Below are positions 32,428 to 43,426 of a DNA stretch of 64,000 bases, piece by piece. A program made the translations under genes and the position numbers. The notes beneath the pieces are model-generated. The model was not told the DNA's origin and ran no database searches. It saw only the letters and a list, made by a program, of their open reading frames with translations. This DNA comes from an uncultured Acidimicrobiia bacterium (GTDB lineage: Bacteria; Actinomycetota; Acidimicrobiia; Acidimicrobiales; AC-14), in contig CAWIIV010000014.1 of NCBI GenBank assembly GCA_963836205.1, positions 213,342 through 277,341 of the forward strand, given 5' to 3'. Position 1 is the first letter of the stretch, and each line of letters opens with the position of its first letter.

Positions 32428-33705
32428 TCAGCGGCGGTAGGAGACGGCGGGGGTGAGGCGGCGTTGGGTCCACACCGCGGCCACGGCGACGGCGACGGTG
32501 AGCAGCAGGCCGACGGCGACGCTGGTCGGTAACGGGCCGAGGCCGGGTGGCGGCTTCAGGGGAGCGGCGGTGCTGGCAGCCAGGCCGGCCGGCTCCGCGG
32601 GCGCCACCCGGGAGGCGGCGGGGGCGACGGGGGTGGTGGTCGTCGTCGGCGCCAACACGACAGTCGTCGGAGCGGCGACGGTGGTCGGCGGGGAGATCTT
32701 TTCCACCGGCGCCACGGTCGTCGTCGCCGAGGCAGCAGCCGCGCCCGACGCGACCCCGACGTTCAGCCGGCCCTGGCAGCCGGTACCGCACGACACCCGG
32801 TCGAGCGTGGCCAGGAGCTTGGCCACCGCCGCCGACGGGCTCAGGCCCTGGGCCAGCAGCAGCGCCAGCGCCCCGGAGACGTGGGGCGCCGCCATCGAGG
32901 TCCCCGCCGACGAGGCGTAGCCGCCTCCCGTCACGGTGGAGATGACGTTGTTGTCGGGACCGGGCTGGCCCGACCCCCCGGGGGCCACCAGGCCCCACTT
33001 GGCGTTGCCGATGGCACTCGAATACGACGCCACCGCCCCGGTGCGGTCGGTGGCGCCGACGACGAGGGCGTTCAGCGTGCCGTAGTTCTCGGTGCTGACC
33101 CCGCCGTAGTTGCCGGCGGCCAGCACCGGCACCGCCCCCTTGCTCCAGGCGTAGTCGATGCCCGCCCGCAGGGGCGATCCGCCGAGGGACGTGAAGGCCT
33201 TGGGGTCGCCCAGGCTGATGTTCACCACCCGGGCGCCGCGGTCGACGGCCCAGCGGATCCCGAGGTTGATGTCCTCCGCCCGCCCCGCCCCACCCGGCCC
33301 GAGGACCTTGGCCACCACCAGGCGGGCGTCGGGCGCGACCCCCGCCACACCCCGTCCGTTGCCGGTGCCGGCCGCGGCCACCCCGGCGATGAGGGTGCCG
33401 TGGCCGTCGGCGTCGGTGTTCCCCAGGCCCTCGACGCAGGCCAGCCGGTTGTGGCAGTCGGCGGTGAAGGCCACCTTGCCGGCCAGGTCGGGATGGCTGG
33501 CCTCCACGCCGGAGTCGACGATGCCGATGACGGCCCCCGCCCCCCTCGTCACTGTCCAGGCCCGGGGCGCCCCGATCTGCTCGAGGGCCCACTGGCGATC
33601 GAAGAAGGGGTCGTCGCTGGCCCTCGCCGGCGCCGGCAGGGCGACGACGGCCGCCAGCGCGACGACCACGCCGACGAATCCCCCCAGCCTCCGGAGCGGC
33701 ACCAA
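32428..33705 (-). CDS. S8 (subtilisin-family) serine peptidase, secreted and membrane-anchored
   Basis: Signal peptide; IVDSG, GHGTLIAG, AAGN, GTSMAAPHV triad motifs; Pro/Thr linker and C-terminal TM. Confidence 0.92.
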   Translation of the reverse strand: MVPLRRLGGFVGVVVALAAVVALPAPARASDDPFFDRQWALEQIGAPRAWTVTRGAGAVIGIVDSGVEASHPDLAGKVAFTADCHNRLACVEGLGNTDADGHGTLIAGVAAAGTGNGRGVAGVAPDARLVVAKVLGPGGAGRAEDINLGIRWAVDRGARVVNISLGDPKAFTSLGGSPLRAGIDYAWSKGAVPVLAAGNYGGVSTENYGTLNALVVGATDRTGAVASYSSAIGNAKWGLVAPGGSGQPGPDNNVISTVTGGGYASSAGTSMAAPHVSGALALLLAQGLSPSAAVAKLLATLDRVSCGTGCQGRLNVGVASGAAAASATTTVAPVEKISPPTTVAAPTTVVLAPTTTTTPVAPAASRVAPAEPAGLAASTAAPLKPPPGLGPLPTSVAVGLLLTVAVAVAAVWTQRRLTPAVSYRR

Positions 33706-33752
33706 CCGTTCATCGGCTCAGCCCAGGGCCGACTTGAGGCCCAGCAGGTCAC

Positions 33753-34796
33753 TCAGCCCAGAAGCTGGTGCAGTACCGAATGCACCTTCTCCAGGTCGGC
33801 CCGGGTCACCCGCTCGTCGGCGGCGTGGGCCACGTTGGGGTCGCCGGGGCCGAAGTTGGTGGCGGGCACGCCCCGGGACGCGAAGCGGGCCACGTCGGTC
33901 CAACCCAGCTTGGCCCGGGGCGGACCGCCGCTCGCCTCCACCAGCGACTTCAGCAGGGGGTGGCCGAGACCGGGCGGGGCCGCCTCCGCGAAGTCGACCA
34001 TCTCGAAGTCGTCCACGTCGCCCACGATCTCCCGCAGGCCGGCCTCGGCCTCCTCCGGCGTGCGGTCGGGGGCGAAGCGATGGTTGAGGACGACGCGGGC
34101 CCGGTCGGGCACCACGTTGCCGGCCACGCCGCCCTCGATCCCGACGGCCGACAGCGCCTCGAGGAACAGGCACCCGTCGATCTCGACCCGGCGCCCCCCG
34201 AAGGCGGCGACCGCGGCCAGCACCGGTCCGAGGCGATGGATGGCGTTGACCCCCAGCCACGGCCGGGCCGAGTGGGCCCGCACGCCGGTCTGGGTGACGA
34301 CCACCCGCATCGTCCCCTGGCAGCCGGCCTCCACCATGGCCCCGGTGGGCTCGGCCAGGATGGCGGCGTCGGCCACCACCAGGTCGGGACGCTCCCGGAA
34401 CAGGCGCTCGATCCCGTTGTACTTGGAGTCGATCTCCTCGCACTCGTAGAACACGTAGGTCACGTCGACCGCGGGCTCGGGGACGGTGAGGGCCAGCTCG
34501 AGCATCACCGCCAGCCCGCTCTTCATGTCGCACGACCCGAGGCCCCAGAGGACGTCGCCGTCGATGCGGGCCCGCTGGTTGTCGTTGGGGGGGACGGTGT
34601 CGGTGTGGCCCCCGATGAGCAGCCGCTGCGGCCGCCCGAGGTGGGTGCGGGCGACGAGGTTCTCGCCCACCCGGGTGACGTCGAGCCAGGGGGCGGCCGC
34701 CAGCCGGGCGGCCAGGTGGTCGGTGATGGCCAGCTCGTCGTGGCTCACCGACGGGATGTCGACCAGCTCGGCGGTGAGCTCGATCAAATCGGACAT
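33753..34796 (-). CDS. dapE: succinyl-diaminopimelate desuccinylase
   Basis: GHTDTVP, DMKSG, YECEE, AHSARPWLGVNAIH, GWTDVARF, GPGDPNVAH. Confidence 0.93.
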   Translation of the reverse strand: MSDLIELTAELVDIPSVSHDELAITDHLAARLAAAPWLDVTRVGENLVARTHLGRPQRLLIGGHTDTVPPNDNQRARIDGDVLWGLGSCDMKSGLAVMLELALTVPEPAVDVTYVFYECEEIDSKYNGIERLFRERPDLVVADAAILAEPTGAMVEAGCQGTMRVVVTQTGVRAHSARPWLGVNAIHRLGPVLAAVAAFGGRRVEIDGCLFLEALSAVGIEGGVAGNVVPDRARVVLNHRFAPDRTPEEAEAGLREIVGDVDDFEMVDFAEAAPPGLGHPLLKSLVEASGGPPRAKLGWTDVARFASRGVPATNFGPGDPNVAHAADERVTRADLEKVHSVLHQLLG

Positions 34797-34826
34797 TGGG
34801 AGGTCGGCGCTCGAGCCGGCCGGTCA

Positions 34827-35657
<831 letters not shown>

Positions 35658-35718
35658 CGGCGGAGCCTACCGGCCGCCTACCGGGCGACCGGCGCCCGCC
35701 GGGCCCGGACCGGCCGGA

Positions 35719-35895
35719 TCAGTCGTCCTCGACCTTGTTCACGTGGGACTCGTGGGTGCGGATCTCCCCGCCGTTCTCGCCGAGGGCCACCGTCAGCTCG
35801 TCGCCGATGATGTCCTTGTCGACGATCACACCCCACCGACCGTTGAAGTCGCCCTCGGTGATGATCACCGTGTCGCCCTTCTTGAAGCGCGTCAT
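35719..35895 (-). CDS. 58-aa standalone KOW-motif protein (not in the ORF track)
   Basis: MTRFKKGDTVIITEGDFNGRWGVIVDKD...VEDD*; nearly all third codon positions are G/C. Confidence 0.75.
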   Translation of the reverse strand: MTRFKKGDTVIITEGDFNGRWGVIVDKDIIGDELTVALGENGGEIRTHESHVNKVEDD

Positions 35896-35965
35896 CCCGC
35901 CATCTTGGCACCCGGCCGAGGGTCATGATGGGCCGGTGGGAGGTGGACGCAAGAGGAGGACCCGA

Positions 35966-36898
35966 ATGGCGGCCGCGACAGCGGCTGCGACCATCGCGCT
36001 CCTCTTCGCCGGCGGCTGCGGCGGGTCGTCGCCACCGGCCGCGCCGACGACGGCCACCACAAGCCCGGCCACCACGGCCGCCGCCCGGCTGGCGTTCGGC
36101 CCGCCCGTGCTGCGGGGCGAGATTGCCGACGAGGACGTCGCCGAGAGCAGCGGACTGGTCGCGTCCCGCCGCCACCCCGGGCGGCTGTGGACCCACAACG
36201 ACTCCGACCAACCCCCGGTGCTCTTCTGCGTCGAGCCCGACGGCGGGTCGTGCGGGGGATGGACGGTCGCCGGTGCCGCCAACCGCGACTGGGAGGACAT
36301 CGCCGCCGGCCCCGGCCCCGATCCCGCCGAGCACTACCTGTACGTCGCCGACATCGGCGACAACACCCTGTCCCGGGACGAGCTGGTGGTCTACCGGGTG
36401 GCGGAGCCGACCGTGCCGGCGGCCGGCACCCCCGCAGCAGGGGCAGCCGGCGGCGGCACCACGGCCCCCGCCACCGCCATCCGCCTGCGCTACGACGACG
36501 GGCGCCACAACGCCGAGAGCCTGATCGTCCACCCGACCACCGGCGACATCTACATCGTCGTCAAGGACGTCGGCGACTCCGGGGTCTACCGGGCCGGCGC
36601 CGGCGACGGCGTCCTCAGCCGGGTCGGCACCGTCGGGCTGGGCCTGTTCGGCCTGGCCACGGGGGCCGACATCTCCCCCGACGGCCGGCGGGTGGCCCTC
36701 TGCACGCTCGGCGGCGGCTTCGAGCTCACCCTCGACCCCGGGGCCCCCTTCGACTCCATCTGGGACCGCCGACCGGCGGCGGTGACCCTTCCCGGCCTCG
36801 CGCAGGTGGAGGGCATCGCCTACCGCCTCGACGGCGACGCCCTCCTCGTCACCAGCGAGGGCTACCCGTCACCCCTGTACGAGATCCCCCGCCTGTAG
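35966..36898 (+). CDS. secreted beta-propeller-like lipoprotein
   Basis: Lipobox AGGC; ESSGL, WTHNDS, DWEDIA, ADIGDN, NAESL and VEGIA motifs of a widespread actinobacterial propeller family. Confidence 0.75.
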   Translation: MAAATAAATIALLFAGGCGGSSPPAAPTTATTSPATTAAARLAFGPPVLRGEIADEDVAESSGLVASRRHPGRLWTHNDSDQPPVLFCVEPDGGSCGGWTVAGAANRDWEDIAAGPGPDPAEHYLYVADIGDNTLSRDELVVYRVAEPTVPAAGTPAAGAAGGGTTAPATAIRLRYDDGRHNAESLIVHPTTGDIYIVVKDVGDSGVYRAGAGDGVLSRVGTVGLGLFGLATGADISPDGRRVALCTLGGGFELTLDPGAPFDSIWDRRPAAVTLPGLAQVEGIAYRLDGDALLVTSEGYPSPLYEIPRL

Positions 36899-36905
36899 TG
36901 GTAGC

Positions 36906-39900
36906 TCAGGTATGGGCGCTCTCGCGGAGGGCCTTGACCGACTCCGCCACCCGGTAGAGGGCGGCGTAGAGGCCCTCCATGTCGGCCGGCAGCGATTCGA
37001 GGGCCCGCAGCCGGTCGTTGAAGTCCTGGAGCAGGGCGCTGGCGCTGGCCAACGACGCCTGGTGGTTGGCCGCCACCTCCTCCGACGTGCGGGTGACGTC
37101 GCGGAGGGCGTCGTCGACCGTCCGGGGAAGGGACTCGAGGTGGCCGATGCGGCCGTCGAGCTCGGTCAGGCGGGCCGCGCCCGTGGCGGTGATGTCGGTG
37201 CGCACCCGCTCGATCTCGCCCCGGACGTCGACCAGGGCCTCGCGCAGCGGGTCGATCTGGTCGCGGAGGCCATCGACCTGCTCCTCCCGCTGGCGGGCGG
37301 CGTCGGCCAGGCGCTCGATGTCGCGGGTGAGACCGTCGAGGTTGGCCGGCAGGCTCTCCAGCGTCTGCACCCGGTGGGCGACGCTGTCGAGGGTCTCGTT
37401 GGAGTCGCCGAGGGCCCGGCTCACGGCCTGGGCCAGCTTCTCGATCTCGGTGGACACCCGTTCGACCTCGGTGGGGATGCCTTCGACGGCCCGCATCCGG
37501 GCCCACAGGCCGCTGACCTGCTCGGTGGTGTAGATGCGCTCGTCCTCGATCCGCTCCCGCAGGTCGCCCAGGGAGTCGCGGACGCCGGAGATGGTGGCCT
37601 CGAAGCCGGCCGAGCGGTCCTCGTGGTCGGTGGCCAGGGCCGTGACCCGGCCCAGCTCCCGGTAGAGGGCGTCGAGGTCGCTGGTGACCGATTCCAGGCC
37701 GGCCATGCGCCGGCGCAGGTCGAGCTCGGTGTTCTGGCCCTGGTTGGCCACCCGCTCCAGTTCGGCCCGCAGGTCGGCGAGGGCGTTGTCGACCGCCAGC
37801 TGGCGCTCGAACACGTCGCCCTGGCGATCGTCGCGGGCGGCGGTGGCCTCCGCCACCCGCTCGAAGTCGCGGTACATGCCCTCGATGTCGGCCGGCAGGC
37901 TCTCCAGCATGCGCAGGCGGCCGGCCAGCCCGAGCTGCTCGGTGGTGGCGGCCAGGGCCGCCTGCTGGGCGCTCCCCGCCTCCTCCGCCACCCGCTGCAG
38001 CTCCTGGCCCAGCTCGGCCACCTGCTCGACCAGCAGCTCGAGCGAGCCCACCCGGTCGGCGACGCCGTCGACACGGTCGGAGACACCGCTGAGCACGCCC
38101 TGCTGGGCCACCATGACCTCGCCCGCCAGGCGGTCGAAGCCCTGGCGCAGGTTGGCCACCGAGATCTCCAGCGGCGTGGTGCGGTCGGCGATCTGGGCCA
38201 GCGCACTGTCGCGGGACAGGGTCAGCTCGGCCACCCGGTCGAGCTCCCGGTACATGCCCTCGATGTCGGACGTGAGCGCGGCCATGGCCGCCAGCCGCTC
38301 GTCGACCCCGTTGACCCGCTCGCCCACCATGTCGAGGCGCTCCTCGGCCAGGTCGACGCGCTCGCCGACCACGTCGATGCGCCCGCCGACACTGCCGATG
38401 TCGGACGCCACCCCCTCCATGCGCCGGTTGACCTGGTCGTCGATCGTGTCGAAGTGGGCCAGGAGCTGCTCGTCGGCCGCGTGCAGGCGGCGGAGGACAT
38501 CCTCCTCGACCACTCGAGGCGGTGGGTGACGTCGACCTCGACGGTGCCGAGGCGGCCGGTGATGTCGCCTTCGAGGGCGTCGAGGCGGCCGGTGATGTAC
38601 TGCTCGTCGGCGTCGAAGCGGGCCGCGGGAGACGGGTGGACGCCCCGGGCGTCGAGCAGCTCCTGGCGGGCGGCAACCACCGCGTCCTCCAGCGGCCGCA
38701 GCCGGTCGATGATCTCGGCCAGCACCCCCTGGCCGTCGGACAGGTGGCCCGACAGGCGGTCGACCTCCCGGTAGATCCCGTCGAGGTCGGAGGGGATCGC
38801 CTCCACCCCCTGGAGGCGCTGGTCGAGGGCGGTGACGTGGTTGAAGATCTCGGTGCGGACGGCGTGGTTGGTGGCCGCCGACTCGTCGGCCACCCGGTCG
38901 AGCTCGCGCCGCAGCTCGTGGAGGGCGCCCTCGAGGGGTGCGGTGCGCCCGGCCACGTGGGCCATGGCCGCCTGCTGGTTGGTGAGCAGGTCGTGGGTGA
39001 CCTTCTCCATCTCGTCCCGCAGCTCGCGGACCGCGCCTTCGAGCAACGCGCTGCGCAGCGCGGCCCGGGCCAGCTCGGCGAAGTCGGCGGCGCCGGACAC
39101 CTCGGTGGCGTACCGGTCGAGCTCCCCCCGGACGTCGTGGGCGTCCCGTGTCTCCAGGGCCGTCACCCGGTCGCTGGTGCGGGTGAGGTCGGCGTTGCGG
39201 GCCTGCACCTCACCGGTGAGCCACACGAACTCGCGGCGGAAGCTGTCGATGCCGGCGGTGGCCCGGGCCGTGGCCTGCTCCCGGGCCTCCAGCACCGCCA
39301 GCCGGCTGGAGACCGACGCCACCTGGTCGGTGGCCTGGCGCAGCGCCTGCTCGCAGGCCTGGACCTCGCCCGCGACCCACAACAGCCCCCGGCGCAGGCT
39401 CTCGGGGTCGGAGGGACTGGAGGCCAGCGCCCGCAGCCGGGTGGCGATGTCGCCTTCGCGCTCGGGCGTCGGCCCGTACGACGGGGGTCGTTGACTGTCG
39501 GACACGAGCACCTCCGGCTGACCGGACCCCCGGCCCGGCAGCGGGCTCGGCGGCGGTTCTGACAGGGGGACGCCCGGGGCCGAGACGATCGGCTGGGAGG
39601 CGGCCTGGGACGGCTGCGCCGGTGAGTGCGGCGGCGGCGGGGCGGGCGGCGATCCCGACCCCGCCGGAGCCGACGGCGACGGAGATGGGGACCGGGACGG
39701 GACTGCGGGATCGGGAAGGCCTTCGCCCGGGGCGGGCCACTCATCCCCGCCGCCGCCTCCTCCGCGGGAGGCTGTTGCGACCGGCGTGGATGACGGTGCC
39801 GGAGCCGGTTTCGGGGCCGACCGGGGCGCGGTGGCGGTGGCGGTAGCGGTGGCCGTGCCGCCCGCGGCGGCGGCTGTGGCGGCCCTGGGCACCGCCGGTT

Positions 39901-40195
39901 CCGCCGGGCGGCCGGGGACGGGCTGGGCCGGCCGCACCCGTGGGGGCGACACCGGTTGCGCGGGGCTTGTTGCGACGGCGAGCTGGGCTGCCGCCGCGGC
40001 CCGGCCGGGATCGGCCTTGGTGCGGGGACCGGTACTGATGGCCGCCGACCCGCGGTCCCAGACCTCCTGGCAGCCCCGAAATAGCCCCCCGCACTCCTGG
40101 CCGCACTTGGCACACGTGCAGGATGCATCGCCGGCGACCATGACCGCCTTGCACCCGGGGCAAATCTGGATGCCGAATTCGTAACACCAACCGAT
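36906..40195 (-). CDS. ~1,090-aa protein: Cys-rich N-terminus, Pro/Ala linker, long repetitive coiled coil (frameshift ~38515; start uncertain, 40141 or 40195)
   Basis: ORFs 38222-40141 and 36906-38513 join by a 1-bp indel (RLE|VVEE); the same repeat motif occurs on both sides. Confidence 0.7.
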
Positions 40196-40293
40196 GGGCC
40201 AACCCTACCGCCCGATCTGCGAGGGGTACAACGCATCGCCACGGGGAGTGGGCGACGGACCGCGGTCCAGGCGGCAGGGTGTCCCTCCCCGCC

Positions 40294-41430
40294 TCAGGCG
40301 GTTCCCGTGACCCCTTCCGGCGCGCCCCGCAGGCGGTCGGCCACCAGTTGCAGGCGGTCCATGGGCTGCACCAGCGCGACCCGTACATAGCCTTCACCGG
40401 CGGTGCCATACAGGTCACCGGGGGCAACCAGGACGCCTCCCCATTTGGCCAGCCAGGCGGTGAGCGCCCACGCGTCTCCGCCGGGCGCGGCGGCCCACAG
40501 ATAGAACGAACCCGCGGGCGCGTCGGCGTGGGCGCCCACCTCCGCCAGCACCCGGCGGAAGAACGCGAGGCGCTCGGCGTACCGGTCCCGCTGGGCGTCG
40601 ACGTGGGCATCGTCGCCCAGCGCCACCGTCGCCGCCGCCTGCACCGGCCCCGGCACCATGGCCCCGGAGTGCTTGCGGACCTCCGACAGGAAGTGCACCA
40701 GGTCGGCGTCGCCGGCGTAGAAGCCGGCCCGCAGCCCGGCCAGGTTCGACCGCTTCGACAGCGAGTGCACGGCCAGCACCCCCTCGGCGCCGTGCTCGAG
40801 GATGGTGCGGGGCCGGTCGGTCCACGTGAACTCCACGTAGCACTCGTCGCTCAGCACCGGCACCCCATGGGCCCGGCCCCAGGCCGCGGCCGCCCCCAGG
40901 TCGGTGAGCCGGCCCGTGGGGTTGCCGGGCGTGTTCACCCACAGGCACAGGGCCCGGGCGGCGTCGTCGGGGTCGATGGCGTCGAATCGCCCGCCCTCCA
41001 CGTCGACCGCCACCGCCCGGCAGCCGGCGAGGGTGGCCCCCATCTCGTAGGACGGGTACGACACGGCCGGGTAAAGGACGGTGTCGCGACCCGGGTCCCG
41101 CAGGTGCAGCCACTGGGGCAGGGCCGTGACCAGCTCTTTCGTCCCGATGCAGGCGGCGATGTCGGTGACCGGCACGTCGACCCCGAGCCGCCGCCGCATC
41201 CAGCCCGCGGCCGCCTCCCGGAAGGCGGGGGTGCCCACCGACGACGGGTAGCCCCGCTCCGCCCCCGACGAGGCCAGGGCGGCCACGACCTCCGCCGGGG
41301 GGGCGTCGCACGGGGTGCCGATGGACAGGTCGACCAGGCCGCCCTCGTGCCCCGCGGCCAGGGGCTTGAGCCGGTCGAGGCGGTCGTACGGGTAGGGCGG
41401 CGGCTGGAACCCGGGGGGGCTGACCGTCAC
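40294..41430 (-). CDS. dapC: succinyldiaminopimelate transaminase
   Basis: VDLSIGTP, NTPGNPTG, SDECY, HSLSKRSNLAGLRAGF (PLP lysine); dap gene context. Confidence 0.88.
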   Translation of the reverse strand: MTVSPPGFQPPPYPYDRLDRLKPLAAGHEGGLVDLSIGTPCDAPPAEVVAALASSGAERGYPSSVGTPAFREAAAGWMRRRLGVDVPVTDIAACIGTKELVTALPQWLHLRDPGRDTVLYPAVSYPSYEMGATLAGCRAVAVDVEGGRFDAIDPDDAARALCLWVNTPGNPTGRLTDLGAAAAWGRAHGVPVLSDECYVEFTWTDRPRTILEHGAEGVLAVHSLSKRSNLAGLRAGFYAGDADLVHFLSEVRKHSGAMVPGPVQAAATVALGDDAHVDAQRDRYAERLAFFRRVLAEVGAHADAPAGSFYLWAAAPGGDAWALTAWLAKWGGVLVAPGDLYGTAGEGYVRVALVQPMDRLQLVADRLRGAPEGVTGTA

Positions 41431-42689
41431 GCCAGGAAATCCACGTAGCGGTTGACCTCGGGGTCGGGGAGGCGGACCCGCAGGCGGGTGGCGTCGTCCT
41501 CGTGGTGCTCCGATAGCACCTCGCCCTGGCGGTGGAGAGCGGCCACCACGTCGCCCCGCTCGTAGGGGACGAGCATCTCCACCGTGCGGGACAGCAGCCG
41601 CAGCCGCTCCCCCACCGCGTCGAGCAGCCCTTCGATCCCCTCGCCGGTGACGGCCGACAGGGCGACCGAGCCGGGGTGGCGGTCGAGCAGGCGCTTGACC
41701 TCGTCGCCCGCCAGATCGGCCTTGTTGAACGCCACCAGCACCGGCACCTCGTCGGCCCCGATCTCCCGCAGGACGGTGTCGACCGCCGCCATCTGCGCCT
41801 CCGGGTTGGCCGCCGAGGCGTCGACCACGTGGACCAGGAGGTCGGCCTCGGCCACCTCCTCCAACGTCGAGCGGAAGGCCTCCACCAGCTGCGTCGGCAG
41901 CTTGCGCACGAATCCCACGGTGTCGGAGAGGAGCACCCGTTCCCCGCCGGGCAGGTCGAGGCGGCGGGTGGCGGGGTCGACGGTGGCGAACAGGCGGTCC
42001 TCCACCAGCACCCCGGCGTCGGTGAGGCGGTTGAGGAGGGTGGACTTCCCGGCATTGGTGTAGCCGACGATGGCCACCGTCTGCAGCCGGGAACGGGTGC
42101 GGGCCTTGCGCTGCGTCCGCCGGTTCTTGGTGAGCACCTTGAGGTCGGACTCGAGCTTGCTGATCCGCCGGAGCAGGCGCCGGCGGTCGATCTCCAGTTT
42201 CGTCTCACCGCCGCCGAAGCGGGTGCCGATGCCGCCCGACTGCTGGCTCAGGCCCTTGCCCTTCCCCCGCAGCCGGGGCAGCCGGTAGCGGAGCATGGCC
42301 AGCTCCACCTGGGCTTTTCCCTCCTGGCTGTGGGCGTGCTGACCGAAGATGTCGAGTATTACCGCGGTGCGATCGATGGCGGTGCGGCCCAGGATCTTCT
42401 CCAGGTTGCGGCTCTGGGCCGGGGTCAGCTCCTCGTCGAAGACGACCGTGTCGGTGTCGTACTGGTACGACAGCTCCCGCAGCTCCTCGGCCTTGCCCTT
42501 GCCCACGAACGTGGCCGGGTCGGGCGCGTCCCGGCGTTGGAGGACGCGGTCGACCTCGTCGGCGCCGGCGGTGTCGACCAGGGCCGACAGCTCGTCGAGC
42601 GACGCCTCGGCGTCGTCGAGGGAGGCGGGGGGGACGGCGACGCCGACGAGGAGGATGCGCTCCCGGCGCCCCCGCTCGATGAGTGACAT
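41427..42689 (-). CDS. hflX: GTPase HflX
   Basis: VILDIF, GETKLE, GYTNAGKS, DRLFATVDP, DTVGF, NKAD. Confidence 0.96.
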   Translation of the reverse strand: MSLIERGRRERILLVGVAVPPASLDDAEASLDELSALVDTAGADEVDRVLQRRDAPDPATFVGKGKAEELRELSYQYDTDTVVFDEELTPAQSRNLEKILGRTAIDRTAVILDIFGQHAHSQEGKAQVELAMLRYRLPRLRGKGKGLSQQSGGIGTRFGGGETKLEIDRRRLLRRISKLESDLKVLTKNRRTQRKARTRSRLQTVAIVGYTNAGKSTLLNRLTDAGVLVEDRLFATVDPATRRLDLPGGERVLLSDTVGFVRKLPTQLVEAFRSTLEEVAEADLLVHVVDASAANPEAQMAAVDTVLREIGADEVPVLVAFNKADLAGDEVKRLLDRHPGSVALSAVTGEGIEGLLDAVGERLRLLSRTVEMLVPYERGDVVAALHRQGEVLSEHHEDDATRLRVRLPDPEVNRYVDFLA

Positions 42690-43426
42690 CAGCGCACCTC
42701 CACGGTGGCGACCCAGGTCGCCGGCCCGGTGAGGACGATCCGATGGTCCCCGAGCTCGACCTGGACGGCGCCGCCCGGCTGGTGGACCGTCACCCGGTCG
42801 CCGACCATCCCCCACGTGTGGGCGGCCACGGCCGCCGCGCAGGCGCCGGTGCCGCACGCCAGGGTCTCCCCTACACCTCGCTCCCACACCCGCATCGTCA
42901 GCTCGTCGGGACCGGGGCCGGCGGCGACCACCTCGAGGTTGAGGTCGCGTCCGTACCGAAGGGATTCCCGTCCGAGGTCGACGTCGTAGGGGTCCTGGAC
43001 CTCGACCACTGCGTGCGGGTTGCCCATGTCGACCAGCAGCGACTGCCCCGGGCCCGGCTCGGCCTTGGCAGACCCCATGTCGACGCTGATGGCGCCGCCG
43101 GCCCCGACCACCACCCGCCGGGGCCCGGCGTCGGTGGCGATGGCGATCTCGGGGCCCGCCTCCAGGCCGGCGTCGACGAGGGCCAGGGCCAGGCACCGGA
43201 TCCCGTTTCCGCTCATCTCCGCCCGTCCCCCGTCGGCGTTGTACAGCTCCATGACATAGGCGTTGGGGGTGGGGCCGACCGTCACCCGGATGAGGCCGTC
43301 GGCGCCCACGCCCCGGTGGCGGTCGCACAGGGCGCGCGCCGTCGCCCCGTCGACCGGATGGAGGCCGTCGAGGTCGATGAGGACGAGGAAGTCGTTGCCC
43401 AGGCCGTGGTACTTCTCGAGTTTCAT
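42689..43426 (-). CDS. dapF: diaminopimelate epimerase (first catalytic Cys replaced by Ser)
   Basis: KYHGLGNDF, CDRHRGVGADG, EMSGNGIRC, MGNPHAV, ERGVGETLACGTGA. Confidence 0.9.
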   Translation of the reverse strand: MKLEKYHGLGNDFLVLIDLDGLHPVDGATARALCDRHRGVGADGLIRVTVGPTPNAYVMELYNADGGRAEMSGNGIRCLALALVDAGLEAGPEIAIATDAGPRRVVVGAGGAISVDMGSAKAEPGPGQSLLVDMGNPHAVVEVQDPYDVDLGRESLRYGRDLNLEVVAAGPGPDELTMRVWERGVGETLACGTGACAAAVAAHTWGMVGDRVTVHQPGGAVQVELGDHRIVLTGPATWVATVEVR

